From positions 251,410,001 to 251,474,000 of the forward strand of contig OZ024740.1 in assembly GCA_964016885.1 (NCBI GenBank): 64,000 nt of DNA, read 5' to 3'. The notes beneath the pieces were generated by a model. The model was not told the DNA's origin and searched no databases. It saw only the letters and a list, made by a program, of their open reading frames with translations. Shown piece by piece: positions 37,401 to 51,800 of the stretch; position 1 is the stretch's first letter, and each line of letters begins with the position of its first letter. The stretch comes from Eledone cirrhosa (taxonomy: Eukaryota). The translations under genes and the position numbers were made by a program.

Positions 37401-40335
37401 ATCTCCCCTTGGAAGGATGTAAATTATCTCCCCTTGGACGGCTGGAAATTATCTCCCCTTGCACGGCTGGAAATTATCTCCCCTTGATTTTTTTTACAAA
37501 TTATCTCCCCCTGATTTTTTTTTACAAATTATCTCCCCCTGATTTTTTTTTACAAATTATCTCCCCCTGATTTTTTTTACAAATTATCTCCCCCTGATTT
37601 TTAAAAAAAAAATTATCTCCCCTTCGCTGGCTGGAAATTATCTCCCCTTGGACGCTGGAAATTATAGCCCCTTGGAGGGCTGGAAATTATCTTCCCTTGG
37701 ACGGCTGGAAATTATCTTCCCTTGGACGGCTGGAAATTATCTCCCCTTGATTTTTTTTACAAATTATCTCCCCCTGATTTTTTTTTACAAATTATCTCCC
37801 CCTGATTTTTTTTTACAAATTATCTCCCCCTGATTTTTTTTTTACAAATTATCTCCGCTTGATTTTTTAAAAAAAATTATCTCCCCTTGGACGGCTGGAA
37901 ATTATCTCCCCTTGGACGGCTGGAAATTATCTCCCCTTGGACGGCTAGAAATTATCTCTCCTTGGACGGCTGAAAATTATCTCCCCTTGGACGGCTGCAA
38001 ATTATCTCCCCTTTATTTTTTTTACAAATTATCTCCCCCTGATTTTTTTTACAAATTATCTCCCCCTCATTTTTTTACAAATTATCTACCCCTGATTTTT
38101 TTTACAAATTATCTCCCCCTGATTTTTTTTTACAAATTATCTCCCTCTGATTTTTTTTACAAATTATCTCCCCCTGATTTTTTTTTTACAAATTATCTCC
38201 CCCTGATTTTTTTAAAAATTATCTCCCCCTGATTTTTTTACAATCTCCGCCTGATTTTTTTAAAAATTATCTTCCCTTGGCTGGCGGGAAATTATCTCCC
38301 CTTGGACGGCTGGAAATTATCTCCCCTTGGAAGGATGGAAATTATCTCCCCTTGGACGGCTGGATATTATCTCCCCTTGCACGGCTGGAAATTATCTCCC
38401 CTTGGCTGGAAATTATCTCCCCTTGGACGGCTAGAAATTATCTCTCTTTGGACGGCTGGAAATTATCTCCCTTTGATTTTTTTTACAAATTATCTCCCTC
38501 TGATATTTTTTACAAATCTCCCCCTGATTTTTTAAAAAAAATTATCTCCCCTTCGCTGGCTGGAAATTATCTCCCCTTGGACACTGGAAATTATAGCCCC
38601 TTGGAGGGCTGGAAATTATCTTCCCTTGGACGGCTGGAAATTATCTCCCCTTGATTTTTTTTACAAATTATCTCCGCCTGATTTTTTTTAAAAATTATCT
38701 CTCCTTGGACGGCTGGAAATTATCTCCCCTTGATTTTTTTTACAAATTATCTCCCCCTGATTTTTTTTACAAATTATCTCCCCCTGATTTTTTTTTACAA
38801 ATTATCTACCACTGATTTTTTTTACAAATTATCTCCCCCTGATTTTTTTTACAAATTATCTCCCCCTGATTTTTCTTTTACAAATTATCTCCCCCTGATT
38901 TTTTTACAAATTATCTCCCCCTGATTTTTTTTACAAATTATCTCCGCCTGATTTTTTTAAATATTATCTTCCCTTGGCTGGCGGGAAATTATCTCCCCTT
39001 GGACGGCTGGAAATTATCTGCCCTTGATTTTGTTTTTACAAATTATCTTCCACTGATTTTTTTTACAAATTATCTCCACCTGATTTTTTAAAAAATTATC
39101 TCCCCTTGGAAGGCTGGAAATTATCTCCCCTTGGACGGCTAGAAATTATCTCTCTTTGGACGGCTGGAAATTATCTCCCCTTGATTTTTTTTACAAATTA
39201 TCTCCCCCTGATTTTTTTTACAAATATCCCAGTGATTTTTTTTAAAAAATTATCTCCCCTTCGCTGGCTGGAAATTATCTCCCCTTGGACGCTGGAAATT
39301 ATAGCCCCTTGGAGGGCTGGAAATTATCTTCCCTTGGACGGCTGGAAATTATCTCCCCTTGATTTTTTTTACAAATTATCTCCCCCTGATTTTTTTTTAC
39401 AAATTATCTCCCCCTGATTTTTTTTTACAAATTATCTCCCCCTGATTTTTTTTACAACTTATCTCCGCCTGATTTTTTTTAAAAAATCATCTCCCCTTGG
39501 ACGGCTGGAAATTATCTCCCCTTGGACGGCTGGAAATTATCTCCCCTTGATTTTTTTACAAATTATCTCCCCCTGATTTTTTTTTACAAATTATCTCCCC
39601 CTGATTTTTTTTACAAATTATCTCCCCCTGATTTTTTTTACAAATTATCTCCCCCTGATTTTTTTTACAAATTATCTCCGCCTGATTTTTTTAAATATTA
39701 TCTCTCCTTGGCTGGCGGGAAATTATCTCCCCTTGGACGGCTGCAAATTATCTCCGCTTGATTTTTTTTACAAATTATCTCCCCCTGATTTTTTTTTTAA
39801 AATTATCTCCCCCTGATTTTTTTTACAAATTATCTCCCCTGATTTTTTTTTACAAATTATCTCCCCCTGATTTTTTTTTACAAATTATCTCCCCCTGATT
39901 TTTTTTTTACAAATTATCTCCCCCTGATTTTTTTACAAATTATCTCCCCCTGATTTTTTTTACAATCTCCGCCTGATTTTTTTAAAAATTATCTTCCCTT
40001 GGCTGGCGGGAAATTATCTCCCCTTGGACGGCTGGAAATTATCTCCCCTTGGAAGGATGGAAATTATCTCCCCTTGGACGGCTGGAAATTATCTCCCCTT
40101 GCACGGCTGGAAATTATCTCCCCTTGGCTGGAAATTATCTCCCCTTGGACGGCTAGAAATTATCTCTCTTTGGATGGCTGGAAATTATCTCCCTTTGATT
40201 TTTTTTACAAATTATCTCCCTCTGATTTTTTTTACAAATCTCCCCCTGATTTTTTTTTACAAATTATCTCCCCCTGATTTTTTTTACAAACTATCTCCCC
40301 CTGATTTTTTTACAAATTATCTCCCCTTGGCTGGC
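31445..40335 (+). repeat. ~8.9-kb segment, copy 2 of the 18,915-bp-offset pair
   Basis: Colinear with 12530-21420, ending at the chimeric junction near 40330. Confidence 0.9.
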
Positions 40336-43300
40336 TGGAAATTATCTCCCCTTGGACGGCTGGAAATTATCTCCCCTTGGAAGGATGTAAATTATCTCCC
40401 CTTGGACGGCTGGAAATTATCTCCCCTTGCACGGCTGGAAATTATCTCCCCTTGATTTTTTTTACAAATTATCTCCCCCTGATTTTTTTTTACAAATTAT
40501 CTCCCCCTGATTTTTTTTTACAAATTATCTCCCCCTGATTTTTTTTACAAATTATCTCCCCCTGATTTAAAAAAAAAAAATTATCTCCCCTTCGCTGGCT
40601 GGAAATTATCTCCCCTTGGACGCTGGAAATTATAGCCCCTTGGAGGGCTGGAAATTATCTTCCCTTGGACGGCTGGAAATTATCTTCCCTTGGACGGCTG
40701 GAAATTATCTCCCCTTGATTTTTTTTACAAATTATCTCCCCCTGATTTTTTTTTACAAATTATCTCCCCCTGATTTTTTTTTACAAATTATCTCCCCCTG
40801 ATTTTTTTTTTACAAATTATCTCCGCTTGATTTTTTAAAAAAAATTATCTCCCCTTGGACGGCTGGAAATTATCTCCCCTTGGACGGCTAGAAATTATCT
40901 CTCCTTGGACGGCTGAAAATTATCTCCCCTTGGACGGCTGCAAATTATCTCCCCTTGATTTTTTTTACAAATTATCTCCCCCTGATTTTTTTTTACAAAT
41001 TATCTCCCCCTGATTTTTTTTTACAAATTATCTCCCCTTGATTTTTTTTTACAAATTATCTCCCCCTGATTTTTTTTTTACAAATTATCTCCCCCTGATT
41101 TTTTTACAAATTATCTCCCCCTGATTTTTTTTACAAATTATCTCCCCCTGATTTTTTTTACAAATTATCTCCCCTTGATTTTTTTTTACAAATTATCTCC
41201 CCCTGATTTTTTTTTTACAAATTATCTCCCCCTGATTTTTTTAAAAATTATCTTCCCTTGGCTGGCGGGAAATTATCTCCCCTTGGACGGCTGGAAATTA
41301 TCTCCCCTTGGAAGGATGTAAATTATCTCCCCTTGGACGGCTGGAAATTATCTCCCCTTGCACGGCTGGAAATTATCTCCCCTTGATTTTTTTTACAAAT
41401 TATCTCCCCCTGATTTTTTTTTACAAATTATCTCCCCCTGATTTTTTTTTACAAATTATCTCCCCCTGATTTTTTTTACAAATTATCTCCCCCTGATTTT
41501 TAAAAAAAAAATTATCTCCCCTTCGCTGGCTGGAAATTATCTCCCCTTGGACGCTGGAAATTATAGCCCCTTGGAGGGCTGGAAATTATCTTCCCTTGGA
41601 CGGCTGGAAATTATCTTCCCTTGGACGGCTGGAAATTATCTCCCCTTGATTTTTTTTACAAATTATCTCCCCCTGATTTTTTTTTACAAATTATCTCCCC
41701 CTGATTTTTTTTTACAAATTATCTCCCCCTGATTTTTTTTTTACAAATTATCTCCGCTTGATTTTTTAAAAAAAATTATCTCCCCTTGGACGGCTGGAAA
41801 TTATCTCCCCTTGGACGGCTGGAAATTATCTCCCCTTGGACGGCTAGAAATTATCTCTCCTTGGACGGCTGAAAATTATCTCCCCTTGGACGGCTGCAAA
41901 TTATCTCCCCTTTATTTTTTTTACAAATTATCTCCCCCTGATTTTTTTTTACAAATTATCTCCCCCTCATTTTTTTACAAATTATCTACCCCTGATTTTT
42001 TTTACAAATTATCTCCCCCTGATTTTTTTTTACAAATTATCTCCCTCTGATTTTTTTTACAAATTATCTCCCCCTGATTTTTTTTTTACAAATTATCTCC
42101 CCCTGATTTTTTTAAAAATTATCTCCCCCTGATTTTTTTACAATCTCCGCCTGATTTTTTTAAAAATTATCTTCCCTTGGCTGGCGGGAAATTATCTCCC
42201 CTTGGACGGCTGGAAATTATCTCCCCTTGGAAGGATGGAAATTATCTCCCCTTGGACGGCTGGATATTATCTCCCCTTGCACGGCTGGAAATTATCTCCC
42301 CTTGGCTGGAAATTATCTCCCCTTGGACGGCTAGAAATTATCTCTCTTTGGACGGCTGGAAATTATCTCCCTTTGATTTTTTTTACAAATTATCTCCCTC
42401 TGATATTTTTTACAAATCTCCCCCTGATTTTTTAAAAAAAATTATCTCCCCTTCGCTGGCTGGAAATTATCTCCCCTTGGACACTGGAAATTATAGCCCC
42501 TTGGAGGGCTGGAAATTATCTTCCCTTGGACGGCTGGAAATTATCTCCCCTTGATTTTTTTTACAAATTATCTCCGCCTGATTTTTTTTAAAAATTATCT
42601 CTCCTTGGACGGCTGGAAATTATCTCCCCTTGATTTTTTTTACAAATTATCTCCCCCTGATTTTTTTTACAAATTATCTCCCCCTGATTTTTTTTTACAA
42701 ATTATCTACCACTGATTTTTTTTACAAATTATCTCCCCCTGATTTTTTTTACAAATTATCTCCCCCTGATTTTTCTTTTACAAATTATCTCCCCCTGATT
42801 TTTTTACAAATTATCTCCCCCTGATTTTTTTTACAAATTATCTCCGCCTGATTTTTTTAAATATTATCTTCCCTTGGCTGGCGGGAAATTATCTCCCCTT
42901 GGACGGCTGGAAATTATCTGCCCTTGATTTTGTTTTTACAAATTATCTTCCACTGATTTTTTTTACAAATTATCTCCACCTGATTTTTTAAAAAATTATC
43001 TCCCCTTGGAAGGCTGGAAATTATCTCCCCTTGGACGGCTAGAAATTATCTCTCTTTGGACGGCTGGAAATTATCTCCCCTTGATTTTTTTTACAAATTA
43101 TCTCCCCCTGATTTTTTTTACAAATATCCCAGTGATTTTTTTTAAAAAATTATCTCCCCTTCGCTGGCTGGAAATTATCTCCCCTTGGACGCTGGAAATT
43201 ATAGCCCCTTGGAGGGCTGGAAATTATCTTCCCTTGGACGGCTGGAAATTATCTCCCCTTGATTTTTTTTACAAATTATCTCCCCCTGATTTTTTTTTAC

Positions 43301-44230
43301 AAATTATCTCCCCCTGATTTTTTTTTACAAATTATCTCCCCCTGATTTTTTTTACAACTTATCTCCGCCTGATTTTTTTTAAAAAATCATCTCCCCTTGG
43401 ACGGCTGGAAATTATCTCCCCTTGGACGGCTGGAAATTATCTCCCCTTGATTTTTTTACAAATTATCTCCCCCTGATTTTTTTTTACAAATTATCTCCCC
43501 CTGATTTTTTTTACAAATTATCTCCCCCTGATTTTTTTTACAAATTATCTCCCCCTGATTTTTTTTACAAATTATCTCCGCCTGATTTTTTTAAATATTA
43601 TCTCTCCTTGGCTGGCGGGAAATTATCTCCCCTTGGACGGCTGCAAATTATCTCCGCTTGATTTTTTTTACAAATTATCTCCCCCTGATTTTTTTTTAAA
43701 AATTATCTCCCCCTGATTTTTTTTACAAATTATCTCCCCTGATTTTTTTTTACAAATTATCTCCCCCTGATTTTTTTTTACAAATTATCTCCCCCTGATT
43801 TTTTTTTTACAAATTATCTCCCCCTGATTTTTTTACAAATTATCTCCCCCTGATTTTTTTTACAATCTCCGCCTGATTTTTTTAAAAATTATCTTCCCTT
43901 GGCTGGCGGGAAATTATCTCCCCTTGGACGGCTGGAAATTATCTCCCCTTGGAAGGATGGAAATTATCTCCCCTTGGACGGCTGGAAATTATCTCCCCTT
44001 GCACGGCTGGAAATTATCTCCCCTTGGCTGGAAATTATCTCCCCTTGGACGGCTAGAAATTATCTCTCTTTGGATGGCTGGAAATTATCTCCCTTTGATT
44101 TTTTTTACAAATTATCTCCCTCTGATTTTTTTTACAAATCTCCCCCTGATTTTTTTTTACAAATTATCTCCCCCTGATTTTTTTTACAAACTATCTCCCC
44201 CTGATTTTTTTACAAATTATCTCCCCTTGG
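36430..44230 (+). repeat. 3,900-bp direct tandem duplication (36430-40329 / 40330-44230)
   Basis: 36717/40616 = 3899. 38277/42177, 38730/42630, 39106/43006, 39522/43422 and 39999/43899 = 3900. Chimeric cassette at the junction. Confidence 0.9.
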
Positions 44231-47200
44231 CTGGCTGGAAATTATCTCCCCTTGGAGGCTGGAATTTATCTCCCCTTGGACGGCTAGAAATTACCTCTCC
44301 TTGGACGGCTGGAAAATATGTCTCCTTGGACGGCTGGAAATTATCTCCCCTTGGACGGCTGGAAATTACCTCTCCTTGGACGGCTGAAAATTATCTCCCC
44401 TTGGACGGCTGGAAATTATCTCCCCTTGCACTGCTGGAAATTATCTCCCCTTGGACGGCTGGAAATTATCTGCCCTTGATTTTGTTTTTACAAATTATCT
44501 TCCCCTGATTATTTTTACAAATTATCTCCACCTGATTTTTTAAAAAATTATCTCCCCTTGGACGGCTGGAAATTATCTCCCCTTGGCTGGAAATTATCTC
44601 CCCTTGGACGGCTAGAAATTATCTCTCTTTGGACGGCTGGAAATTATCTCCCCTTGATTTTTTTTACAAATTATCTCCCCCTGATTTTTTTTACAAATTA
44701 TCCCCCCATGATTTTTAAAAAAAAAATTATCTCCCCTTCGCTGGCTGGAAATTATCTCCCCTTGGACGCTGGAAATTATAGCCCCTTGGAGGGCTGGAAA
44801 TTATCTTCCCTTGGACGGCTGGAAATTATCTCCCCTTGATTTTTTTTACAAATTATCTCCCCCTGATTTTTTTTAACAAATTATCTCCCCCTGATTTTTT
44901 TTTTACAAATTATCTCCGCCTGATTTTTTTAAAAAAATTATCTCCCCTTGGACGGCTGGAAATTATCTCCCCTTGGACGGCTGGAAATTATCTCCCGTTG
45001 GACGGCTAGAAATTACCTCTCCTTGGACGGCTGAAAATTATCTCCCCTTGGACGGCTGCAAATTATCTCCCCTTGATTTTTTTTACAAATTATCCCCCCA
45101 TGATTTTTAAAAAAAAAATTATCTCCCCTTCGCTGGCTGGAAATTATCTCCCCTTGGACGCTGGAAATTATAGCCCCTTGGAGGGCTGGAAATTATCTTC
45201 CCTTGGACGGCTGGAAATTATCTCCCCTTGATTTTTTTTACAAATTATCTCCCTCTGATTTTTTTTTACAAATTATCTCCCACTGATTTTTTTTTACAAA
45301 TTATCTCCCCCTGATTTTTTTTTTACAAATTATCTCCGCGTGATTTTTTTAAAAAAATTATCTCCCCTTGGACGGCTGGAAATTATCTCCCCTTGGACGG
45401 CTGGAAATTATCTCGCCTTGGACGGCTAGAAATTACCTCTCCTTGGACGGCTGAAAATTATCTCCCCTTGGACGGCTGCAAATTATCTCCTCTTGATTTT
45501 TTTTACAAATTATCTCCCCCTGATTTTTTTTACAAATTATCTCCCCCTGATTTTTTTTACAAATTATCTCCCCCTGATTTTTTTTTACAAATTATCTCCC
45601 CCTGATTTTTTTTCCAAATTATCTCCCCCTGATTTTTTTTACAAATTATCTCCCCCTGATTTTTTTTACAATCTCCGCCTGATTTTTTAAAAAATTATCT
45701 TCCCTTGGCTGGCGGGAAATTATCTCCCCTTGGACGGCTGGAAATTATCTCCCCTTGGACGGCTAGAAATTATCTCTCTTTGGACGGCTGGAAATTATCT
45801 CCCCTTGATTTTTTTTACAAATTATCTCCCCCTGATTTTTTTTACAAATTATCCCCGCATGATTTTTAAAAAAAAAATTATCTCCCCTTCGCTGGCTGGA
45901 AATTATCTCCCCTTGGACGCTGGAAATTATAGCCCCTTGGAGGGCTGGAAATTATCTTCCCTTGGACGGCTGGAAATTATCTCCCCTTAATTTTTTTTAC
46001 AAATTATCTCCCCCTGATTTTTTTTTACAAATTATCTCCCCCTGATTTTTTTTTACAAATTATCTCCCCCTGATTTTTTTTTTTACAAATTATCTCCGCC
46101 TGATTTTTAAAAAAAAATTATCTCCCCTTGGACGGCTGGAAATTATCTCCCCTTGGACGGCTGGAAATTATCTCCCCTTGGACGGCTAGAAATTACCTCT
46201 CCTTGGACGGCTGAAAATTATCTCCCCTTGGACGGCTGCAAATTATCTCCCCTTGATTTTTTTTACAAATTATCTCCCCCTGATTTTTTTTACAAATTAT
46301 CTCCCCCTGATTTTTTTTACAAATTATCTCCCCCTGATTTTTTTTTACAAATTATCTCCCCCTGATTTTTTTTTACAAATTAACTCCCCCTGATTTTTTT
46401 TACAAATTATCTCCCCCTGATTTTTTTTACAAATTATCTCCCCCTGATTTTTTTTTACAAATTATCTCCCCTTGATTTTTTTTTACAAATTATCTGCCCC
46501 TGATTTTTTTTTTACAAATTATCTCCCCCTGATTTTTTTACAAATTATCTCCCCCTGATTTTTTTTACAAATTATCTCCCGCTGATTTTTTTTACAAATT
46601 ATCTCCCCTTGATTTTTTTTTACAAATTATCTCCCCTTGATTTTTTTTTACAAATTATCTCCCCCTGATTTTTTTTTTACAAATTATCTCCCCCTGATTT
46701 TTTTAAAAATTATCTTCCCTTGGCTGGCGGGAAATTATCTCCCCTTGGACGGCTGGAAATTATCTCCCCTTGGAAGGATGTAAATTATCTCCCCTTGGAC
46801 GGCTGGAAATTATCTCCCCTTGCACGGCTGGAAATTATCTCCCCTTGATTTTTTTTACAAATTATCTCTTCCTGATTTTTTTTTACAAATTATCTCCCCC
46901 TGATTTTTTTTTACAAATTATCTCCCCCTGATTTTTTTTACAAATTATCTCCCCCTGATTTTAAAAAAAAAAATTATCTCCCCTTCGCTGGCTGGAAATT
47001 ATCTCCCCTTGGACGCTGGAAATTATAGCCCCTTGGAGGGCTGGAAATTATCTTCCCTTGGACGGCTGGAAATTATCTTCCCTTGGACGGCTGGAAATTA
47101 TCTCCCCTTGATTTTTTTTACAAATTATCTCCCCCTGATTTTTTTTTACAAATTATCTCCCCCTGATTTTTTTTACAAATTATCTACCCCTGATTTTTTT

Positions 47201-48800
47201 TACAAATTATCTCCCCCTGATTTTTTTTTACAAATTATCTCCCTCTGATTTTTTTTTACAAATTATCTCCCCCTGATTTTTTTTTTACAAATTATCTCCC
47301 CCTGATTTTTTTACAAATTATCTCCCCCTGATTTTTTTTACAATCTCCGCCTGATTTTTTAAAAAATTATCTTCCCTTGGCTGGCGGGAAATTATCTCCC
47401 CTTGGACGGCTGGAAATTATCTCCCCTTGGACGGCTAGAAATTATCTCTCTTTGGACGGCTGCAAATTATCTCCCCTTGATTTTTTTTACAAATTATCTC
47501 CCCCTGATTTTTTTACAAATTATCCCCGCATGATTTTTTTAAAAAAAATTATCTCCCCTTCGCTGGCTGGAAATTATCTCCCCTTGGACGCTGGAAATTA
47601 TAGCCCCTTGGAGGGCTGGAAATTATCTTCCCTTGGACGGCTGGAAATTATCTCCCCTTGATTTTTTTTACAAATTATCTCCCCCTGATTTTTTTTTACA
47701 AATTATCTCCCCCTGATTTTTTTTTACAAATTATCTCCCCCTGATTTTTTTTTTTACAAATTATCTCCGCCTGATTTTTAAAAAAAAATTATCTCCCCTT
47801 GGACGGCTGGAAATTATCTCCCCTTGGACGGCTGGAAATTATCTCCCCTTGGACGGCTAGAAATTACCTCTCCTTGGACGGCTGAAAATTATCTCCCCTT
47901 GGACGGCTGCAAATTATCTCCCCTTGATTTTTTTTACAAATTATCTCCCCCTGATTTTTTTTACAAATTATCTCCCCCTGATTTTTTTTACAAATTATCT
48001 CCCCCTGATTTTTTTTTACAAATTATCTCCCCCTGATTTTTTTTTACAAATTATCTCCCCCTGATTTTTTTTACAAATTATCTCCCCCTGATTTTTTTTA
48101 CAAATTATCTCCCCCTGATTTTTTTTTACAAATTATCTCCCCTTGATTTTTTTTTACAAATTATCTCCCCCTGATTTTTTTTTTACAAATTATCTCCCCC
48201 TGATTTTTTTACAAATTATCTCCCCCTGATTTTTTTTACAAATTATCTCCCCCTGATTTTTTTTACAAATTATCTCCCCTTGATTTTTTTCTACAAATTA
48301 TCTCCCCCTGATTTTTTTTTTACAAATTATCTCCCCCTGATTTTTTTAAAAATTATCTTCCCTTGGCTGGCGGGAAATTATCTCCCCTTGGACGGCTGGA
48401 AATTATCTCCCCTTGGAAGGATGTAAATTATCTCCCCTTGGACGGCTGGAAATTATCTCCCCTTGCACGGCTGGAAATTATCTCCCCTTGATTTTTTTAC
48501 AAATTATCTCCCCCTGATTTTTTTTTACAAATTATCTCCCCCTGATTTTTTTTTACAAATTATCTCCCCCTGATTTTTTTTACAAATTATCTCCCCCTGA
48601 TTTAAAAAAAAAAAATTATCTCCCCTTCGCTGGCTGGAAATTATCTCCCCTTGGACGCTGGAAATTATAGCCCCTTGGAGGGCTGGAAATTATCTTCCCT
48701 TGGACGGCTGGAAATTATCTTCCCTTGGACGGCTGGAAATTATCTCCCCTTGATTTTTTTTACAAATTATCTCCCCCTGATTTTTTTTTACAAATTATCT
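40335..48800 (+). repeat. ~8.4-kb copy of ~17520-25950 (offset 22,788-22,851)
   Basis: 17802/40616 = 22814; 21084/43899 and 22578/45393 = 22815; 24158/47009 and 24973/47824 = 22851. Shared rare variants TTAACAAA (22060/44875), TTAACTCCCC (23530/46380) and TTTCTACAAA (25440/48290). Confidence 0.85.
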
Positions 48801-51800
48801 CCCCCTGATTTTTTTTACAAATTATCTCCCCCTGATTTTTTTTACAATCTCCGCCTGATTTTTTAAAAAATTATCTTCCCTTGGCTGGCGGGAAATTATC
48901 TCCCCTTGGACGGCTGGAAATTATCTCCCCTTGGACGGCTAGAAATTATCTCTCTTTGGACGGCTGGAAATTATCTCCCCTTGATTTTTTTTACAAATTA
49001 TCTCCCCCTGATTTTTTTTACAAATTATCCCCGCATGAGTTTTAAAAAAAAAATTATCTCCCCTTCGCTGGCTGGAAATTATCTCCCCTTGGACGCTGGA
49101 AATTATAGCCCCTTGGAGGGCTGGAAATTATCTTCCCTTGGACGGCTGGAAATTATCTCCCCTTAATTTTTTTTACAAATTATCTCCCCCTGATTTTTTT
49201 TTACAAATTATCTCCCCCTGATTTTTTTTTACAAATTATCTCCCCCTGATTTTTTTTTTTACAAATTATCTCCGCCTGATTTTTTAAAAAAAATTATCTC
49301 CCCTTGGACGGCTGGAAATTATCTCCCCTTGGACGGCTGGAAATTATCTCCCCTTGGACGGCTAGAAATTACCTCTCCTTGGACGGCTGAAAATTATCTC
49401 CCCTTGGACGGCTGCAAATTATCTCCCCTTGATTTTTTTTACAAATTATCTCCCCCTGATTTTTTTTACAAATTATCTCCCCCTGATTTTTTTTACAAAT
49501 TATCTCCCCCTGATTTTTTTTTACAAATTATCTCCCCCTGATTTTTTTTTACAAATTATCTCCCCCTGATTTTTTTTACAAATTATCTCCCCCTGATTTT
49601 TTTTACAAATTATCTCCCCCTGATTTTTTTTTACAAATTATCTCCCCTTGATTTTTTTTTACAAATTATCTGCCCCTGATTTTTTTTTTACAAATTATCT
49701 CCCCCTGATTTTTTTACAAATTATCTCCCCCTGATTTTTTTTACAAATTATCTCCCCCTGATTTTTTTTACAAATTATCTCCCCTTGATTTTTTTTTACA
49801 AATTATCTCCCCTTGATTTTTTTTTACAAATTATCTCCCCCTGATTTTTTTTTTACAAATTATCTCCCCCTGATTTTTTTAAAAATTATCTTCCCTTGGC
49901 TGGCGGGAAATTATCTCCCCTTGGACGGCTGGAAATTATCTCCCCTTGGAAGGATGTAAATTATCTCCCCTTGGACGGCTGGAAATTATCTCCCCTTGCA
50001 CGGCTGGAAATTATCTCCCCTTGATTTTTTTTACAAATTATCTCCCCCTGATTTTTTTTTACAAATTATCTCCCCCTGATTTTTTTTTACAAATTATCTC
50101 CCCCTGATTTTTTTTACAAATTATCTCCCCCTGATTTTTAAAAAAAAAATTATCTCCCCTTCGCTGGCTGGAAATTATCTCCCCTTGGACGCTGGAAATT
50201 ATAGCCCCTTGGAGGGCTGGAAATTATCTTCCCTTGGACGGCTGGAAATTATCTTCCCTTGGACGGCTGGAAATTATCTCCCCTTGATTTTTTTTACAAA
50301 TTATCTCCCCCTGATTTTTTTTTACAAATTATCTCCCCCTGATTTTTTTTTACAAATTATCTCCCCCTGATTTTTTTTTTACAAATTATCTCCGCTTGAT
50401 TTTTTAAAAAAAATTATCTCCCCTTGGACGGTTGGAAATTATCTCCCCTTGGACGGCTAGAAATTATCTCTCCTTGGACGGCTGAAAATTATCTCCCCTT
50501 GGACGGCTGCAAATTATCTCCCCTTGATTTTTTTTACAAATTATCTCCCCCTGATTTTTTTTTACAAATTATCTCCCCCTGATTTTTTTTTACAAATTAT
50601 CTCCCCTTGATTTTTTTTTACAAATTATCTCCCCCTGATTTTTTTTTTACAAATTATCTCCCCCTGATTTTTTTACAAATTATCTCCCCCTGATTTTTTT
50701 TACAAATTATCTCCCCCTGATTTTTTTTACAAATTATCTCCCCTTGATTTTTTTTTACAAATTATCTCCCCCTGATTTTTTTTTTACAAATTATCTCCCC
50801 CTGATTTTTTTAAAAATTATCTTCCCTAGGCTGGCGGGAAATTATCTCCCCTTGGACGGCTGGAAATTATCTCCCCTTGCACGGCTGGAAATTATCTCCC
50901 CTTGATTTTTTTTACAAATTATCTCCCCCTGATTTTTTTTTACAAATTATCTCCCCCTGATTTTTTTTTACAAATTATCTCACCCTGATTTTTTTTACAA
51001 ATTATCTCCCCCTGATTTAAAAAAAAAAAATTATCTCCCGTTCGCTGGCTGGAAATTATCTCCCCTTGGACGCTGGAAATTATAGCCCCTTGGAGGGCTG
51101 GAAATTATCTTCCCTTGGACGGCTGGAAATTATCTTCCCTTGGACGGCTGGAAATTATCTCCCCTTGATTTTTTTTTCCAAATTATCTCCCCCTGATTTT
51201 TTTTTACAAATTATCTCCCCCTGATTTTTTTTTACAAATTATCTCCCCCTGATTTTTTTTTTACAAATTATCTCCGCTTGATTTTTTTAAAAAAATTATC
51301 TCCCCTTGGACGGCTGGAAATTATCTCCCCTTGGACGGCTGGAAATTATCTCCCCTTGGACGGCTAGAAATTATCTCTCCTTGGACGGCTGAAAATTATC
51401 TCCCCTTGGACGGCTGCAAATTATCTCCCCTTTATTTTTTTTACAAATTATCTCCCCCTGATTTTTTTTTACAAATTATCTCCCCCTCATTTTTTTACAA
51501 ATTATCTACCCCTGATTTTTTTTACAAATTATCTCCCCCTGATTTTTTTTTACAAATTATCTCCCTCTGATTTTTTTTACAAATTATCTCCCCCTGATTT
51601 TTTTTTTACAAATTATCTCCCCCTGATTTTTTTAAAAATTATCTCCCCCTGATTTTTTTACAATCTCCGCCTGATTTTTTTAAAAATTATCTTCCCTTGG
51701 CTGGCGGGAAATTATCTCCCCTTGGACGGCTGGAAATTATCTCCCCTTGGAAGGATGGAAATTATCTCCCCTTGGACGGCTGGATATTATCTCCCCTTGC

